Source: Octopus sinensis
Taxonomy: Eukaryota
Direction: 5' to 3'
DNA: 64,000 nucleotides
Assembly (NCBI RefSeq): GCF_006345805.1
Contig: NC_042998.1
Location: 197,532,001-197,596,000, forward strand
Below, piece after piece: positions 13,801 through 27,421 of this stretch. The first letter of the stretch is position 1. Every line of letters begins with the position of its first letter. The translations under genes were made by a program, and so were the position numbers. The notes under the pieces are model-generated. The model had not been told where the DNA came from and did no database searches. It worked only from the letters and a program-made list of their open reading frames with translations.

Positions 13801-16014
13801 AAGGGGATGATAATGGTAGTGATGATGATGATGAGGATGGTAGTAGTAATGACGATGTGGACAATGATGATGAAGAGGATGATAATGGTAGTGATGATGA
13901 TGATGAGGATGGTAGTAGTAATGACGATGTGGACAATGATGATGAAGAGGATGATAATGGTAGTGATGATGATGATGAGGATGGTAGTAGTAATGATGAT
14001 GTGGACAATGATGATGAAGGGGATGATAAGGTAGTGATGATGATGATGAGGATGGTAGTAGTAATGACGATGTTGACAATGATGATGAAGAGGATGATAA
14101 TGGTAGTGATGATGATGATGAGGATGGTAGTAGTAATGACGATGTGGACAATGATGATGAAGAGGATGATAATGGTAGTGATGATGATGATGAGGATGGT
14201 AGTAGTAATGATGATGTGGACAATGATGATGAAGAGGATGATAATGGTAGTGATGATGATGATGAGGATGGTAGTAGTAATGACGATGTGGACAATGATG
14301 ATGAAGAGGATGATAATGGTAGTGATGATGATGATGAGGATGGTAGTAGTAATGATGATGTGGACAATGATGATGAAGAGGATGATAATGGTAGTGATGA
14401 TGATGATGAGGATGGTAGTAGTAATGACGATGTGGACAATGATGATGAAGAGATGATAATGGTAGTGATGATGATGATGAGGATGGTAGTAGTAATGACG
14501 ATGTGGACAATGATGATGAAGGGGATGATAATGGTAGTGATGATGATGATGAGGATGGTAGTAGTAATGATGATGTGGACAATGATGATGAAGAGGATGA
14601 TAATGGTAGTGATGATGATGATGAGGATGGTAGTAGTAATGACGATGTGGACAATGATGATGAAGAGGATGATAATGGTAGTGATGATGATGATGAGGAT
14701 GGTAGTAGTAATGACGATGTGGACAATGATGATGAAGGGGATGATAATGGTAGTGATGATGATGATGAGGATGGTAGTAGTAATGACGATGTGGACAATG
14801 ATGATGAAGGGGATGATAATGGTAGTGATGATGATGATGAGGATGGTAGTAGTAATGACGATGTGGACAATGATGATGAAGAGGATGATAATGGTAGTGA
14901 TGATGATGATGAGGATGGTAGTAGTAATGACGATGTGGACAATGATGATGAAGGGGATGATAATGGTAGTGATGATGATGATGAGGATGGTAGTAGTAAT
15001 GACGATGTGGACAATGATGATGAAGAGGATGATAATGGTAGTGATGATGATGATGATGAGATGGTAGTAGTAATGACGATGTGGACAATGATGATGAAGA
15101 GGATGATAATGGTAGTGATGATGATGATGAGGATGGTAGTAGTAATGATGATGTGGACAATGATGATGAAGAGGATGATAATGGTAGTGATGATGATGAT
15201 GAGGATGGTAGTAGTAATGACGATGTGGACAATGATGATGAAGGGGATGATAATGGTAGTGATGATGATGATGAGGATGGTAGTAGTAATGATGATGTGG
15301 ACAATGATGATGAAGAGGATGATATTGGTAGTGATGATGATGATGAGGATGGTAGTAGTAATGACGATGTGGACAATGATGATGAAGGGGATGATAATGG
15401 TAGTGATGATGATGATGAGGATGGTAGTAGTAATGACGATGTGGACAATGATGATGATTAGGGTGATGAAGAGGATGATAATTGTAGTGATGATGATGAT
15501 AATGACGAGGATGGTGGTGGTGGTAGTGATGGTATTAATGGTGGTGGTTGTGATGCTGATGCTGATTTGCATAGTGGTTATGTGATGGTGATGGTGGTGA
15601 TGAAGATGATAGTAGTAGTAGTAGTAGTAGCAATGGTGACTGAGGATATTCATGATGATGGTGATGGTAATTGTGGTGATGATAACAATAGGGATGCTGC
15701 CAAACCCTACTTCACTTCTCAATACCACCACCTTTCAAAACAAGAGTTCACAAGAGCCTGCTTCCCACCTTACACACCTCCTCATCTACAGGTGATTTTG
15801 GTAAGGTGGGTAGTTTTGGCAGCAGAATCATTAAAAAAACTTATCTCCCTGTCCTACTTTTTATTCTCCCCCCCCCACACCTCTCTCAGTCTTTTGCTTC
15901 ACCCCCACCACCACTACCACCATCATTATCATCATCATCACCATCATCACCATCATCATCATCACCATCACCACCACCATCATAACCATCATCCTCATCT
16001 TCATCATGATCATC

Positions 16015-16049
<35 letters not shown>

Positions 16050-16273
16050 CATCATCATCATCATCATCATCATCCATCATCATCATTACCATCATCACGT
16101 TGTTGTTGTTGTTCCAGGTATATCATATGATGTTGACAGTTGATACCTTTTTTCGGGTAAGCAATCACACTTTATGTAGGTGTGTATGCAAATAGCTCTA
16201 TGAACTGAACGGGTTTTAGTTTTAGCTCACGTTAAAAAATTCATAGGATTACATACAAACAAGCTCATAATGT

Positions 16274-16315
<42 letters not shown>

Positions 16316-17236
16316 GCGTGAAAAGTAGGTCAGGAGAAATTGTAGAGATGCTGGAGTAGAGGAAAGTAGATACGTACTGTATTCTATCGGTAAGATGGAG
16401 GTAAGCTTCTGTCAAGCCCTACCTGGGCAAGGAATACAGGTGTACAAACACTTCTGAATTAGTAACCGTGATTGGGCTGATGGAATAGGCATATTATTAG
16501 TTGAGAAATGGGGTGGGGGGTGATAAAGTAATCAAGGCAGTGAAAGTATACTCTACCTGTTAAAATAACCAAGCTTAGGCATGTCATGGACAACATGACC
16601 TCTCGAAAGAGCTGTTCTTCACTCCAGCTCCAGAGCGTCGGCTGCGGGGTCATTCCGAAAAGCTCTATCTGCGACGATTTCATCTCAATCGAAGGAGAGG
16701 GGCTTTCTCCGTCCGGGTTGCGGATCTGTAGAATAAGCTGCCAGACGAGAAGGTGAAGATGCCGATGACCACTCGGTTCAAAGTCTCCCTTGACCTCAAG
16801 TGGCCTGAACTCTTTACATGAACACCACCCTGTACATAACTCCCTGTCTCCCTACATGGCCTTGCTTTTTGCTTTTTAAGCCAAAAAATTAACTAACTAA
16901 CTAACATGACAGTGACGTTTATCTCTGCGTGCTCTCTGGAGGAACAGGATGATGGCTTTTATAAGGTTCCCCTGCAGACTATCATGGAGGTTAAATTTAA
17001 GGAACAAGTTACTCTCTTTACTCTTTACTCTTTTACTCTTTTACTTGTTTCAGTCATTTTGACTGCGGCCATGCTGGAGCACCGCCTTTTTAGTTGAGCA
17101 AATCGACCCCCAGGACTTATTCTTTGTAAGCCTAGTACTAATTCTGTCGGTCACTTTTGCCGAACCGCTAAGTTTACAAGGACGTAAACACACCACCATC
17201 GGTTGTCAAGCGATGTTGAGGGGACAAACACAGACA

Positions 17237-17273
<37 letters not shown>

Positions 17274-18799
17274 CATATATACAACGGGCTTCTTTCAGTT
17301 TCCATCTACCAAATCCACTCACAAGGCTTTGGTCGGCCCAAGGCTATAGCAGAAGACACTTGCCCAAGGTGCCATGCAGTGGGAATGAACCCGGAACCAT
17401 GTGGTTCGTAAGCAAGCTACTTACCACGTGCATGGTGGCTATGGAAAAAGTATGAGGAATGTGGATGGTCAAAGCTTCTGATATAAATGATCTAACCATT
17501 TGCAATGCTAAATTTTGAAATCTGGTCACTTACCAAACCAATCAGGAAAACACACAAACCAGATATTCTTCATATTTACCAGGAAATGGAATAAACAGTT
17601 AAAGAAGATGCTGATTAACATAGACTTTTGGTCAGTGACGTTTAAGTTAGTACTAGACATATAGGGAGAGTTTACGAAAAAAACAAAAGGTGAAGACAGG
17701 TGTGTACAAAACAAATGGATGTATTAGTATAACACTCAGGAATAGAAAAAGTCTTTTATGTTTTGAGCCTACACTCTTCTACAGAAAGGGACACAGAAAA
17801 TACAAGGGGAGAAACAAGGAGAGAAAAAAAGGAGAGAAAAAAATGTGTGTAGTGGCTAACGATCTATCATGGCGACTGACTTCCATGGTACTAGACATAG
17901 TTAAAGACAGAAAATGATACAGAGAAAAGGTGTGGAAGTTGAAAGATTTTTAGATCAGTTGTAGGTTCAAAAGAAAAAAAACTAGTTGATGACAAGAAGG
18001 AGGGATGATGGAGATTTATACGAGAGGACATCTGAAAGTTTCTACAAGTAACAATGAAGTAGTTAGAAGATAAGCTAAATGTCAGATATACTTATCAAAG
18101 TGAGACACTGCAAGTAAGAGACTTGCACGTGTTCTATGACGTAAAGGCCAAAGGTGTGAGATATCCAGTATTACAAGATGGTGTACTAGAGAGAATTGAA
18201 ATGTCATTGGGAAGAATATTCGTAGAGTAATAGCAGTAAACTTGCCTTCACTTTTTGGGATTCGAATAATTCTCCTCTAGAAACATGGGTGCTTCGTATG
18301 TACAGGAGTGGCTGTGTGGTAAGAAGCTTGCTTACCAAACACATGGTTCTGGGTTCAGTCCCACTGCGTGGCACCTTGGGCAAGTGTCTTCTACTATAGC
18401 CTCAGGCCGACCAAAGCCTTGTGAGTGGATTTGGTAAACGGAAACTGAAAGAAGCCCATCATATATATATATATTTAAGTAGTTGAATGAATTATCTTAG
18501 TATGGATAATTCGGTTAACTGATACCTGGGTAGCAAATTCACGTCAGAAAAACACGGTTGAAGCTACATGCCAAGGGCAGAGATCACGTGCTTTCGTGTG
18601 GAAATTTGTGTGTTTTTTTAATACAAATAAATGAAAGAATGGAGTTGAACGACGATTTAACAAAATTCCTTCATTCTCGACATATGTTTCGAAGGCTGCA
18701 TATTCCTAATTTCAAAGGAATAAGGGGTGCCTTCGAAACATATGTCGAGAATAAAGGAATTTTGTTAAATAGTCGTTCAACTCCAGTCTTCCATTTATT

Positions 18800-18830
<31 letters not shown>

Positions 18831-21800
18831 GTTTGTGTGTCTGCTTTTGAATGAAGAGAATGCATGAGAGAAAGAGATCCTATTCCAAGTACTCAAGATG
18901 GGATTGAGGACATGAAGGCAGGAAAAGCAGCTGGACCATCAGGAATAGCAACTGAGATGCTTAAAATATCTGGCAAAGTAGGTCATGTGTTAGTTGCTCG
19001 AATGATTAATAATACAGAGAATACTTATGACTGCTTGATTAGTATCATCATTAACAGTTTACAAAGGCAAAAAACTGGTCCAGAGAAAGGCAATGATAAA
19101 GCCATCAAATTGACGGACCAGGTTACAAAAGTTACTTGTAGCATAAAAGCAGAACTGATTAGGAAGAGAATTAACTTAGATGCAAAGTATTGCAGATTTA
19201 TGCCAGGACAAAGTATCATCCATGCTTGCTTCCTTGTGAGATGATGTCAGGAAAGTACTTGGCTAAAAGTAAGCCATTCTGCCTAGCTTTTGTCAATCTG
19301 AAGAAGGCTTTTGATGGTGTTCCATATTTTGTTGTCAGATAGTTCTGAAGAAAACGAAAAATAAAAGAATGGCTTTTTTGAGCCATGCAAACCTGGATAG
19401 AATTGCTGTTGGCAAGATGAGAGTTAACAACAATTCAGTGATGACAGTGTGCAGATAGGAATTCACCAAGAATTGGTTCTCAGTTTCCTTCTGTTTTCTT
19501 TTTTTTTTATAACAGAAGAGATGAAACTCAATTGTCTATGGGAACTTTTGCATGCTAATGGGCTAATTCTTGTAGCAGAACAGACCAAAAATTTGGAGAG
19601 GAAATTTTAATTTGGAAGTAAGTCTTAGAATTGAGACATCTCAGAGGAAACCTAGCAAATATTAAAGTTTTAGTTTGTAAGAAAGTAGACAGAACCGTAT
19701 GGACGTAGAAAAGCTTAGAATGTAAGAATTCCATTTGGTATTCTCATTATAAACCATGAATGCACAAGAAGTGTGGTGGAATTAGAGAAATGCTGATATG
19801 GAATGTCGACTTCATTTGTGTCAACTGTACAAAACTGTTAGCAGTAAGAGTACCTGTGAAATAAATTCCTCCGAATGTTCATCAGGCTACCTAAAAGTTA
19901 ATGATTTAAAAAGCAGTGGTGGTAAGGGTTTTGAAAGCACATTTGCTGGAGTGAAAACAAGGAGGATAAAGTTCTAGGAACTGTTTTGTCTTTTAGTAAC
20001 AAAGAATTCTCTCTCAGAATGAAGGGCAGACTTTTTTAAAATACTTGCTTACAAAATATGATGCTGTATGGCAGTGAAAGCATGGATTTTTAAATGTAGA
20101 GGATTTATAGAGGTTGGAAAGATTGGACGGGGAACATATTGGATGCGTAATGTCATTATACATGAATGACGGGGCACAAATGAGTCGAGAGAAAAGCTGG
20201 ATATAGGAAGAATTAGATATGGCATGCAAAAGGACTGTGATCATGTGAAGTTGTCTGTGGAAGTGGATGGAATATATAAAAGAGAAAGACATAAGACAAA
20301 GTGGTGTGGACTGATTTCAAGAGGCTGACTCTTGTTTCCTGAATTGCTGTCGAACAAATTAGGTCTCTGTTCTAAGACTGGGGCCTGTTTTCAAATAAAG
20401 GAAAATGCCATACCTATATTCAAACCATATAGAAAGGTACCATTTGATGTGATAAAGCAGGTAGAAGAAGAATTAGACATACTGGAGAAAATGGAAATTA
20501 TTCAAAAATTAGATTATTCTAAGTAGGCAGCACCAACTGCGTGTATTAAAAAAAAAATAACAAAATCCAGGTGTGTGCCGATTTTTCTACTGGTTTGAAT
20601 GCCACTGTCCACTGCCTACTCCAGGGGATATTTTTGCAAAATTAAATGGTGGCAAAATATTTTCGAAACTGGATCTGTCTGATGCGTATCTACAAATTAA
20701 AATAGACAAAGAATGTCTGAAGCTTCTAACAGTGAATACACACAGAGGACTATACAAATATAATAGATTGCCATTTGGTCTGAAGGTCTCACCTGCAATA
20801 TTTCAACAGGTGATAGATGTGGTGTTGGTGGACTGTTAATCTGCAATTCCATACCTCAATGAAGTCGCCTTGACTGGCTTCTGTGCCAGTGGCACGTAAA
20901 AAGCTCCAACCAATTGTGGCCGCTGCCAGCCTTCCCTGGCACCTGTGCCGGTGGCATGTAAAAAGCACCCACTACACTCATGAAGTGGTTGGCGTTAGGA
21001 AGGGCATCCAGCTGTAGAAACACTGCCAGATCAGACTGGAGCCTGGTGCAGCCTCCTGGCTTCCCAGACCCCGGTTGAACTGTCCACCCCATGCTAGGGA
21101 CGTTAAACAATGATGATGATGATGATGATGATGAACCTCATGGTCAGCATATCAAACATGTGAAGTGTGTCTTTCAAAAAATAAGAGATTATGGTTTCAC
21201 ACTCAGTGAGGAGAAATGTGAATCCTGTGCCAAAAATGAAACCTCCAGTTGAGATGAGGACCCTGACTCAACCACCAAGGCAGTAACTCTGAATCACTGA
21301 ATGAAGGCTGACTAAATATGTGGTGACCTGTTCAACCAGAGCCAGCATGGAAAAGAAGATGTGAAAAGATAACATTATTATTGTCATTTTATGCCTGATT
21401 TCTACGTTGGCATAGATTGGAGTTATTGCCCTCCAAGATTGGTCATAGGATCATCATCATCGTTTAACGTCCGTTTTCCGCGCTAGCACAGGTTGGACGG
21501 TTCGACCGGGGTCTGGGAAACCAGGGGCTGCACCAGGCTCCAGTCTGATCTGGTAGTGTTTCTACAGCTGGATGCCCTTCCTAACGCCAACCACTCCGCG
21601 AGTGTAGTGGGTGCTTTTTACGTGCCAGGGGAGTCTGGCATCGGCCATGATTGGTTGGTGCTTTTAATGTGCCACAGGCACGGAAGCCATCCAAGGCGGC
21701 GCTGGCATCGGCCACGTTCGGATAGTGCTTTTTATGTGCCACCGGCTATTTTGTTCATATATTTCATGTATGTGTGTGTATGTGGGTGTGTGCATGAACA

Positions 21801-24800
21801 TATGATGGTGATAAAGATACACACTCACACAAACACATATACCAATATGACTGTCTGATTGATAAATTATTCATGAAACTTGAAGTATTGAGTACTTTTT
21901 CTTTTCTTTTTTTTTTCTTTTGTAAGTAACACAAGCAGGAGTGGCTATGTGGTAAGTAGCTTGCTAACCAGCCACATGGTTCCGGGTTCAGTCCCACTGC
22001 GTGGCATCTAGGGCAAGTGTCTTCTGCTATAGCCCCGGGCCGACCAATGCCTTGTGAGTGGATTTGGTAGACGGAAACTGAAAGAAGCCTGTCGTATATA
22101 TGTATATATATGTATGTATGTATATGTGTTTGTGTGTCTGTGTTTGTCCCCCTAGCATTGCTTGACAACCGATGCTGGTGTGTTTACATCCCCGTCACTT
22201 AGCGGTTCGGCAAAAAGAGACCGATAGAATAAGTACTGGGCTTACAAAAGAGAATAAGTCCCGGGGTCGATTTGCTTGACTAAAGGCGGTGCTCCAGCAT
22301 GGCCGCAGTCAAATGACTGAAACAAGTAAAAGAGTAAAAGAGCAACACACATTCATTACAGCTGCACACTCACATATTTATGGACACATTTTTGGCTTAG
22401 TGGATAGGACGTATGTTTCACAAGTTCAGGGTTCAGGGTTTGATTTCACATGGGTGAGTACTTTGTCCTCTATGTTCAGTTTTAGAACAATGGTTTTATG
22501 TCTGTTTATAATTAAGATCTAAACTGTCAATATAGGAGTGCAAAAGAGATAGTTGAATAACTGTAAACCTACTTTGGGGCCACCATGCATGTATGTTTGT
22601 ATGTATATATATATATATGTACAGATATATATATATATGTATTAAATGTATGTATATATATAGGCGCAGGAGTGGCTGTGTGTTAAGTAGCTTGCTTACC
22701 AACCACATGGTTCCGGGTTCAGTCCCACTGCGTGGCACCTTGGGTAAGTGTCTTCTACTATAGAAGACTTGTGAGTGGATTTGGCAGACGGAAACTGAAA
22801 GAAGCCCATCATATATATGTTAGTTAGTTAGTTAGTTAATTTGGCTCAAAAGCAAATAGCAAGGCCATGTAGGGGGACATGGAGTTAAGTACAGGGTGGT
22901 GTTCATGTAAAGAGTTCAGGCCACTTGAGGTCCAGGGAGGCTTTGAACAAAGCGGTCGTCGGCATCTTCACCATCTCGTCTGGCAGCTTGTTCCACGGAT
23001 CCGCAACCCGGACGGAGAAAGCTCCTCTCCTTCGATTGAGATGAAATCGTCGCAGGTAGAGCTTTTCGGAATGACCCCGCAGCCGACGCTCCCGAGCAGG
23101 AGTGAAGAACAGCTCTTTCGAGAGGTTACACTTTCCGCTTATGATGTTGTGGGCGAGAATGAGATCACCACGGCGGCGGCGTTTTTCAAGAGAATAAAGG
23201 TCGAGCGTCCTCAGCCTTTCTTCGTAGGACAAATTTTTGAGACCATGAACCATGCGGGTAGCCAGCCTCTGGACTCTTTCGAGGTGCTGTATGTCTTTGA
23301 GGAGATAAGGAGAAGAAGCTTGAATCCCCTACTCCAATATGGGTCTCACCAGCGTGACATAGAGTGGCAGGAATATGGCTGCTGTGAGCATTCCGAATGA
23401 CCGTCGAATCAAAAACATGAGTGTGTGTATGTTTGTGTGTCTGTGTTTGTCCCCCTAGCATTGCTTGACAACCGATGCTGGTGTGTTTACGTCCCCGTCA
23501 CTTAGCGGTTCGGCAAAAAGAGACCGATAGAATAAGTACTGGGCTTACAAAGAATAAGTTCTGGGGTCGAGTTGCTCGATTAAATGCGGTGCTCCAGCAT
23601 GGCCACAGTCAAACGACTGAAACAAGTAAAAGAGTAAAAGAGTAAAGAGTATATGCATCAAAATGCATCAAATTTGACTACTGGCATCCGTGCTAGCTGG
23701 GTGCAAAGAGCACCATATGAGTGTGATTGTTGACAGAGCAGCGAACCGGCTTCCGTGCCAGTGGCACATAAAAAGGCACCATTCGAGTGTGATCGTTACC
23801 AGTGTCGCCTTACTGGCACTTGTGCCCATGCTAGTAGGGTGCCAAGAGCATCATCCAAGCGTGATCGTTGCCAGAGCAGCCAACTGGCTCCGTGCTGGTG
23901 GCACGTAGAAGGGTACCACTCGAGTGTGATCATTACCAGCGTCGCCTTACTGGCACCTGTGCCAGTGGCATGTGTAAAAAGATTCGAGTGAGGTCACTGC
24001 CTGTACCGCGTGACTGGCCCCGTGCCGGTGGCACGTAAAAAGCACCCACTACACTCTCAGAGTGGTTGGCGTTAGGAAGGGCATCCAGCTGTAGAAACTC
24101 TGCCAGATCAACACTGGAGCTTGGTGTGGCTGTCTAGTTCACCATCCCTCAGTCAAAATCATCCAGTCCATGCTAGCATGGAAAGGGGATGTTAAACGAT
24201 GATGATGATGATGATGATGATGTATGAGTTTTGTTTCTATGATTCCATTTAAGTTCTATATTGGGAATAAATACCAATGATTTGGGGAATATAATTTGCA
24301 ATGGACTGATCTTCTATCCTGGGACAGTGCTATCTCTTCATTGAATTCTTGCCAGGAAACCAGAGTAGAAACATCATCAATGTGTCCAGGTGAGGTCTCT
24401 AAATCGTATTTAAGTTAATCATTTTAAAGCAAGATTAGCTTACCATATTATTGAATTGGTCAAGTTGAGCAAAGTTCTTGGGATAACCAAGCACTAAAAT
24501 TAATTGCCTCTGTTCCACAGCATCTTCAATTTTACTATTGATTAACTCATTCACATCAAACTGCAATAAAAACATGTAAGAAGCTGTGAAAGTCAATATA
24601 GAATTAAATTATAGTATAGCATTTATTTCTTTATTACCCACTAGGGGCTAAAAATAGAGGGGAAAAACAAGGAGAGACAAAGGGATCAAGTTGATTACAT
24701 CGACCCCCAGTGCCTAACTGGTACTTAATTTATCGACCCCGAAAGGATAAAAGGCAAAGTCGACCTCGGTGGAATTTGAACTCAATGTAACGGCAGACGA

Positions 24801-26047
24801 AATACCTATTTCTTTACTACCCACAAGGGGCTAAACACAGAGGGGAAAAACAAGGACAGACAAAGGGATCAAGTTGATTACATCGACCCCCTGTGCCTAA
24901 CTGGTACTTAATTTATCGACCCCGAAAGGATAAAAGGCAAAGTCGACCTCGGCGGAATTTGAACTCAGTACGTAACGGCAGACGAAATACCTATTTCTTT
25001 ACTACCCACAAGGGGCTAAACACAGAGGGGACAAACAAGGACAGACAAAGGGATCAAGTTGATTACATCGACCCCCAGTGCCTAACTGGTACTTAATTTA
25101 TCGACCCCGAAAGGATAAAAGGCAAAGTCAACCTCGGTGGAATTTGAACTCAGTACGTAACGGCAGACAAAATACCTATTCCTTTACTACCCACAAGGGG
25201 CTAAACACAGAGGGGACAAACAAGGACAGACAAAGGGATCAAGTTGATTACATCGATTCCCAGTGCCTAACTGGTACTTAATTTATCGACCCCGAAAGGA
25301 TAAAAGGCAAAGTCGACCTCGGCGGAATTTGAACTCAGAACGTAACGGCAGACAAAATACCTATTTCTTTACTACCCACAAGGGGCTAAACACAGATGGG
25401 AAAAACAAGGACAGACAAAAGGATCAAGTTGATTACATCGACCCCCCAGTGCTTAACTGGTACTTAATTTATCGACCCCGAAAGGATAAAAGGCAAAGTC
25501 GACCTCGGCGGAATTTGAACTCAGAATGTAACGGCAGACGAAATACCTATTTCTTTACTACCCACAAGGGGCTAAGCACAGAGGGGACAAACAAGGACAG
25601 ACAAAGGGATCAAGTTGATTACATCGACCCCCCAGTGCTTAACTGGTACTTAATTTATCGACCCTGAAAGGATAAAAGGCAAAGTCGACCTTGGCGGAAT
25701 TTGAACTCAGAATGAAAAAACAGACGACATACTGCTAAGCATTTCGGCCGGTGTGCTAGCATTAAAATATATACATGTGTGCGTATGTAATAAATGTATT
25801 GGTGCAAGCATAATTGTGTGTATAAGAAGTTCGCTTTCCAGACATGTGGTTTTAGGTTTATTCTCCTTGTATGATTCCTTGGGCAAGTGTGTTCTGCTAA
25901 TCGACCTGAGCTGACGAGAATACATTTTTGTTGGGTTCTGTCTCACTGCAGAGTACCTTGGGCAAATGTCTTCTACTATAGCTTTGGGCTGATCAAAGCA
26001 ATAGAAATGAATTTGGTACACAGAAACTGAAAGAAGCCCATTGTATA

Positions 26048-26087
<40 letters not shown>

Positions 26088-26982
26088 TGTGTGTGCACAT
26101 GTGCACGTATCTATGTGTGTATCTTTGTGTTCATTCTTGTTTCCCACCGTCACTTGACAGCCGCGTTGGTTTATTTCAGTCTAAAGACTGAAGCAACTAA
26201 AAAATAAAAGATTAAAGATTAACGAGTTACTTTTATGTGAAAGTTTGATTTTTAACGAAATAATTCATTTGTCTTTTATGTTCTCAGTTGAAATTCTGCT
26301 GAGGTCAACTTTGCTGTATTCTGGCAAAGTAGGTCATGTGTTAGTTGCTCAAATGATTAATGATACAGAGAACACTTATGACTGATTGATTAGTATCATC
26401 ATTAACAGTTACAAAGGCAAAAAACTGGTCCAGAGAAAGGTAATGACGGAGCAATCAAATTGACGGACCAGGTTACTAAAGTTACTTGTAGCATAATAGC
26501 AGAACTGATTAGGAAGAGAATTCACTTAGATGCAAGGTATTGCATATTTATGCCAGGACAAAGTATTAGCCATTTTGGAGTCGATAAAATATGTACCAGT
26601 TGACACACTGGGGTTTTACGTAATTGATTAGAGGCCTTGTGCTTGCAATTGAAAAAAATTTAAACTAAACAATTTATAAGATACACACAAACACCCACAC
26701 AACTTCATTACTACATACAGAATTGCTAGCGCAAATGTAAAACTCGCAGATCTCATGTGATACATACACAAAGACAAGAGAGGGTACTGGGGGAGGAGGG
26801 TGTAGTGGTTAAAAAAGTGGTGTTGGTCATGGTGGGGAAGATTACCATGTTTAATAAAATCAAGTTGGATTTACACTTGCCCTGGCACCATGACCAAAGA
26901 CAAAAGAAGTAAATGGATGGAAACTGTACTTTGTTTTCTCATTAATGAAGAGCAGGTAGGTGGGTGAAAAAATTTGGTAACA

Positions 26983-27020
<38 letters not shown>

Positions 27021-27317
27021 CGTGCGTGTGTATGTGTGTGTGTATGTGTGTGTGTGTATGTGTGTGTGTGTGAGTGTGTGTGTGTGTGTGTGAGTGTGTC
27101 TGTGTGTGTGTGTGTGTGTGTGAGTGTGTGTGAGTGTGTGTGTGTGAGTGTGTGCGTGTGTGTGTGTGTGTGTGTGTGAGTGTGTGTGTGTATGTGTGTG
27201 AGTGTGTGTGTATATGTGTGTGAGTGTGTGTATGTGTGTCTGCGTGCGTGTGTGTGTGTGAGTGAGTGAGTGAGTGTGTGTGTGTGTGTGAGTGTGTGTG
27301 TATGTGTGTGTGTGTGT

Positions 27318-27358
<41 letters not shown>

Positions 27359-27389
27359 TGTGTGTGCGTATGTGTGTGTGTGTGTTGTA

Positions 27390-27421
<32 letters not shown>

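Noticed and set aside
11964-15731. Very long ORFs on both strands (1255, 1136, 795 aa and others)
   Set aside because: They are artefacts of a stop-poor triplet minisatellite. The minus-strand poly-S/H/I readings have no protein character; only the Asp frame is kept as a low-probability finding.
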